From NCBI GenBank assembly GCA_963740315.1, contig CAVUDP010000002.1, positions 128,001 to 192,000 of the forward strand: a DNA stretch of 64,000 nucleotides, written 5' to 3'. Under the pieces are notes generated by a model. It was not told the DNA's origin, did no database searches, and saw only the letters and a program-made list of their open reading frames with translations. The stretch comes from an uncultured cyanobacterium. Its GTDB lineage: Bacteria; Cyanobacteriota; Cyanobacteriia; Cyanobacteriales; Nostocaceae. Each line of letters starts with the position of its first letter. Positions within the stretch are counted from its first letter, which is position 1. Positions 60,072 through 64,000 of this stretch are shown one piece after another. The position numbers and the translations under genes were made by a program.

Positions 60072-61052
60072 TCAACCAAGCATAAGTTGATTTGTAATCT
60101 CAAAATCTCCCACTTCGAGTTCGCTTGCTTCAACTCCGATGAGAGAAGCTAACTGTTCGCCAGTGCTAGTAATTGCGATCGTACTACCACTACCCGAACT
60201 AGTAATTTCAAGTTGGTCAAATTCAAAAGTTTCGATAAATTGAGTTAAAACCAAGGAATCTTCACCTTTTACAAAGTCAAGGATAGTGTCAGTTCCTTCT
60301 TCGGGTGAGATCACAAAGCGATCGCTTCCTTCACCACCAGTTAAGATATCGGTACCCAAACCACCGGCGAGCAAATCATCACCTTCACCACCGTTGAGGA
60401 TATCATTACCTGCGTCACCAAACAGGTTATCAGCGTCTTCACCACCATTAAGAATATCGTCGCCTTCACCACCATTGAGGAGATCCTCACCTTCTTCACC
60501 GTTGAGGATATCCGAGCCAAATACGCCGTTAAGTTGGTCGTCGCCTGAGCCACCATTGAGGTTATCGTTACCCTCACCACCGTTGAGGATATCTTCTCCG
60601 CCGTCACCGTTGAGAACGTCATTACCAGCTTCGCCTAAAAGCTCATCATTTCCATTACCGCCATTTAGATTGTCGTTACCGTCACCGCCAAAGCCAGATC
60701 CACCGAGAAGGAAATCGTCACCATCACCGCCATTAAGGACATCGTTGCCAATACCACCGTCGAGGAAATTGTCACCTTCGTCACCTTCAAGCAAGTCGTT
60801 AGTCAGACCACCTATAAGATTATTGCTATCTTCATTACCTTCGCTGAGACTATCGCCGACATTATCCATTTGATTGTCGTCGCTATTAACAGTATCTCCC
60901 GCGTTAGCCATGAGTTCGTCGGTGGTTTCTGTGCTTTCGCTATTGCCGACATTATCCATTTGATTGTCTATAGTCTGTTGATAATCGTCTAAGGCATCGT
61001 TAAAATTCCTGATATAAGCGACGAAATCATTCCACAAATCCATGAAATCCAT
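60072..61052 (-). CDS. RTX-type Ca2+-binding protein
   Basis: Many GGxGxDxLx nonapeptides and a terminal GTDTILDF. Confidence 0.88.
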   Translation of the reverse strand: MDFMDLWNDFVAYIRNFNDALDDYQQTIDNQMDNVGNSESTETTDELMANAGDTVNSDDNQMDNVGDSLSEGNEDSNNLIGGLTNDLLEGDEGDNFLDGGIGNDVLNGGDGDDFLLGGSGFGGDGNDNLNGGNGNDELLGEAGNDVLNGDGGEDILNGGEGNDNLNGGSGDDQLNGVFGSDILNGEEGEDLLNGGEGDDILNGGEDADNLFGDAGNDILNGGEGDDLLAGGLGTDILTGGEGSDRFVISPEEGTDTILDFVKGEDSLVLTQFIETFEFDQLEITSSGSGSTIAITSTGEQLASLIGVEASELEVGDFEITNQLMLG

Positions 61053-61243
61053 AATTGTATCCTTACAAAATTAATGCAATAGCCGCACGCGACTCCCTAT
61101 AGGAGTATCGTTAAGATCGAAAAACAGGGGAATAAAATTCCATAACCCACATAAAAGCGCGTTAATTGAAAGATTATCCCGACTTGAAACATCGAAAAGA
61201 TTTAAAAATTAACCAAGCCTAGCTCTATGCCTACTTAGTTGAG

Positions 61244-62656
61244 CTACTTTCTGCCACGACCCCAAACAGCGAAGGTAATACCGGGATCTTGGATATTGAA
61301 AAACATTGTCTGACCGTCTGGGGAGAAAGTTACACCAGCAAGCTCATTATTGTTTATGTTGTTCTGAATAAATTCGTAGAGCAACCCGTCGGGAGTAATA
61401 CCAATGAGCCGGTCAGTTCCCGAGCCATCTTCGCAAGTAAATAAATCGCCGAAAGGAGACACCGTAATGTTATCGGGCGCATCTAACAGTTCTTGGTCGT
61501 TGGGTTCAACGAAAAGTTCGATATTGCCGCCAGTTGCATCGTTTACGTCAGGCACGTAACGCCAAATCTGACCGAGTTTTTTTTCACCACCATTCGTACA
61601 GCAGAAAAATACTTCCCCATTTACAGGATCGAAAGTCATTCCTTCTCCACGAGTAAATATTGCTGCTCCTTTGTCGGCGGCTTGTTCGCGAAGATCGTCT
61701 TCGGGAGATTCTACATCCTCAAGCGGAATCCATACCACGGCAAATGGAGTGTTTAGCGGAAAACCAACAGCGGTTTCAATTCCCGGTTTTCCTTGAATTC
61801 CCAAAGCTTCTAAAGAACCACCAGCGAGTAAATTTCCAGGTTCGTTAGGAACATAACGGTAAAAGACGCTATTGCCTCTATCTTCAGTCTGATAAACGAT
61901 ACCTGTTCTAGAATCAACGGCGATCGCTTCGTGGTTAAAACGACCCATCGCTTTGATTGGTTCGGCTTTAACTAAACCTTTTTTGGGGTCTACTTCAAAG
62001 TTGTAACCGTGTTCTACAGAAACTACATCTTGGTCGGGAAGCCTGACGCTATTCGCACCATCGGTATCATCTCCTGATACAGCTTCAGGCTCTACATCCC
62101 CTGGCTTAGAGGTATTTTCTTCGCAAGTAATATAGGTATTCCAAGGAGTTGGTCCGCCAGAACAGTTACGATAGGTACCACCCAAAGAAACCATATCTTT
62201 GATAAGTCGGCGATCGCGTCCGATAACTAGGGTTGTAGTACCGCCGTTAGCAAAAGGATCGTAAGCATATCCTGGTGGTACGATCGCAGGAAATTCATCT
62301 TCATTAGGACTAAGTTCGTGGTTGCGGACTAAATAAACAAGTCCTCCTGGTCCTGGAAAAGCTTCCATCCCGTCGTGATCGCCGGGAACCAGATTGCCGT
62401 CAGTCATTGGCTGACCTTTAATCGAAAAGGCAGTGTATTGAAATTCTGGGGGAAGCGCAATCAAAGGCTTCTGATATTCCCCTGGCAATTCTCTGACGTT
62501 CTGCGGTAATTGAGGTTGCAGCGAACCATAACCTTCTGCTTTAAGCGATTGTCCGCGAGCAGCTCTGGCATAAAAAGCTTCTAAAGGTGACAGCAGAGCC
62601 GTCCCAGCAGCACTGGTAGCTGCCAAGGTAAAAAATTTCCGTCGTGATAAATGCAT
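61244..62656 (-). CDS. phoX: Alkaline phosphatase PhoX (Tat-exported)
   Basis: SRRKFF Tat motif, RNHE, NCSGG, TCEE, GRFNHEA, PDN and NIQDPG. Confidence 0.9.
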   Translation of the reverse strand: MHLSRRKFFTLAATSAAGTALLSPLEAFYARAARGQSLKAEGYGSLQPQLPQNVRELPGEYQKPLIALPPEFQYTAFSIKGQPMTDGNLVPGDHDGMEAFPGPGGLVYLVRNHELSPNEDEFPAIVPPGYAYDPFANGGTTTLVIGRDRRLIKDMVSLGGTYRNCSGGPTPWNTYITCEENTSKPGDVEPEAVSGDDTDGANSVRLPDQDVVSVEHGYNFEVDPKKGLVKAEPIKAMGRFNHEAIAVDSRTGIVYQTEDRGNSVFYRYVPNEPGNLLAGGSLEALGIQGKPGIETAVGFPLNTPFAVVWIPLEDVESPEDDLREQAADKGAAIFTRGEGMTFDPVNGEVFFCCTNGGEKKLGQIWRYVPDVNDATGGNIELFVEPNDQELLDAPDNITVSPFGDLFTCEDGSGTDRLIGITPDGLLYEFIQNNINNNELAGVTFSPDGQTMFFNIQDPGITFAVWGRGRK

Positions 62657-63082
62657 AATTCTTCCCCGATTCCGTACAGGACTTCACGTAGTTCTTTAGT
62701 TGTCAAAACTATTAATTTAACTGGAACTTAATCTTCTCTAAAACAAAATGTATTTGTTTGATCTGTTTATCAGATTACTACTAAATCAATTTTTTATTCA
62801 ACTTATTTTGTATTTTCATTTAAGTCTAATTTTACTCATACAGCTAAATTTAACTTTTGTAAAAAAATAATTTATTTGAATTTTTGAAAGCCATATTTTC
62901 TCGCGCTTAATAATGTTTTCTTAACTTCAAATACTTCTTTTCTTAACCTATATCTATTGTTTTGTTAACTTTTCGCTTATTTGATTTTAGTAAACTGCTG
63001 ACGACTGTTTTACGATTGACTGTATTGTGAAACTTTTAACAACTGCTTGTCTCGATCGCAAACAAAGATTGTATCGATATTA

Positions 63083-63123
63083 TTTAATCTTACGTTAACC
63101 TTTGCTAAACAAATAATTAAACT
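63083..63123 (+). promoter_or_regulatory. Candidate SphR Pho box
   Basis: TTTAATCT, GTTAACCT, CTAAACAA and ATTAAACT at 11-bp spacing (63083, 63094, 63105, 63116) between two divergent phosphatase genes. Confidence 0.55.
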
Positions 63124-63361
63124 TAAATTGATAGTCTTTAAAACAACAAAGTTATAAATGCAACATTATTATTTGGGGCTTATATAGCAATATCCCTTAA
63201 TTATTTTTTGTTTTGAAAAGATAAATAAATCGAGTTGAAAATAATCGTAGCGATCGAACAATAGACAACGCCGGAAAAAGCTTAAGGAAGAAAATTGTGC
63301 TTTGTTTCATGTTTGTATTTATTTCTACCGGCTACTTCTTGATTGGGAGCGAGTTTTGACA

Positions 63362-64000
63362 ATGCATTCAAATAAGCTAAAAATTGTTTTTTTACCTATT
63401 TTAGTTATTTTCAGTTTATTAGGTTCATTCACACTGATTAAAAATTCTACTGCTGGAGAAAATCGTGTCAGACGTAGAGGGAAGTTTGAATTTGCCCTAA
63501 TCGGAGATGTTCCTTATGGCGACAATAACGTCAGCAAACTTGATAATTTAATTGAGGACGTTAATGCAGAAAGAAAACTAAGGTTTGTCCTCCATGCTGG
63601 CGATATCAAAGGTGGCAGTAGTGAGTGTTCTGATGAGCGTTTTCAAGCACGACTTGAGCAATATCAGAAGTTTAGATTACCTTTTATTTTGACTCTTGGG
63701 GATAACGAATGGACTGACTGTCATCGCACTAATGCAGGTCAGTATAATCCCATCGAGCGACTCGAAAAATTACGAGAAATCTTCTATCCCAGACCTGGTT
63801 TCTCAACTATTGGTAGAATGGAGCGCGTGCTGACTCAAGCAAAGCAAGAAGGCTATGAAGACTATGTTGAAAATCAACTCTGGATTCAGGAAAGAGTCGT
63901 TTTCTCTACAATTCATGTAGTAGGTAGCAATAATAATTTAGCACTTTGGTCGGGTATTGGTGAGACAGATACAGATGGCGTTCTAGCTACTTCTCCAGAA
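63362..64000 (+). CDS. Calcineurin-like metallophosphoesterase (partial; runs off the window)
   Basis: Manual translation: signal peptide, IGDVPY, HAGDIK and GDNEWTDCHR; open to the window end. Confidence 0.85.
   Translation, partial: MHSNKLKIVFLPILVIFSLLGSFTLIKNSTAGENRVRRRGKFEFALIGDVPYGDNNVSKLDNLIEDVNAERKLRFVLHAGDIKGGSSECSDERFQARLEQYQKFRLPFILTLGDNEWTDCHRTNAGQYNPIERLEKLREIFYPRPGFSTIGRMERVLTQAKQEGYEDYVENQLWIQERVVFSTIHVVGSNNNLALWSGIGETDTDGVLATSPE

Noticed and set aside
60286..60873. 195-aa Ser/Pro-rich ORF
   Set aside because: Antisense shadow of the RTX repeats.

Overview
AT-rich chromosomal segment from a cyanobacterium, probably a heterocystous Nostocales strain (inferred from abundant HIP1 GCGATCGC octamers, STRR-like heptamer repeats and GTAG-type REP palindromes). 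From left to right it holds: (1) a carbon/Na+ uptake block with a cmpA remnant, an NhaS5-like antiporter, nhaS3 and bicA, carrying NdhR/CmpR-type boxes, followed by aroE; (2) an ~11 kb conflict locus (caspase-hydrolase, VMAP, MoxR, vWA-FGE) ending in a decayed diversity-generating retroelement, with a variable region at the 3' end of the vWA-FGE gene, an intact avd, a reverse transcriptase cut off after ~38 codons and no visible template repeat; (3) a second DGR-type target (CHAT-FGE) whose variable region appears to come from a different template, and an EACC1-like/caspase pair; (4) three non-coding tandem arrays (19 bp x6, 105 bp x3.75, ~450-465 bp x2.6); (5) housekeeping and accessory genes, including a REP-punctuated Uma2/PIN/Rpn run; (6) a DUF4331-TPR-Ni/Co-transporter operon with candidate N-terminal metal-binding motifs; (7) phoX and a divergent partial metallophosphoesterase with a Pho box. 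No rRNA, tRNA, CRISPR array or intact transposase was recognised. Family calls come from motif recognition by eye; no searches were run.
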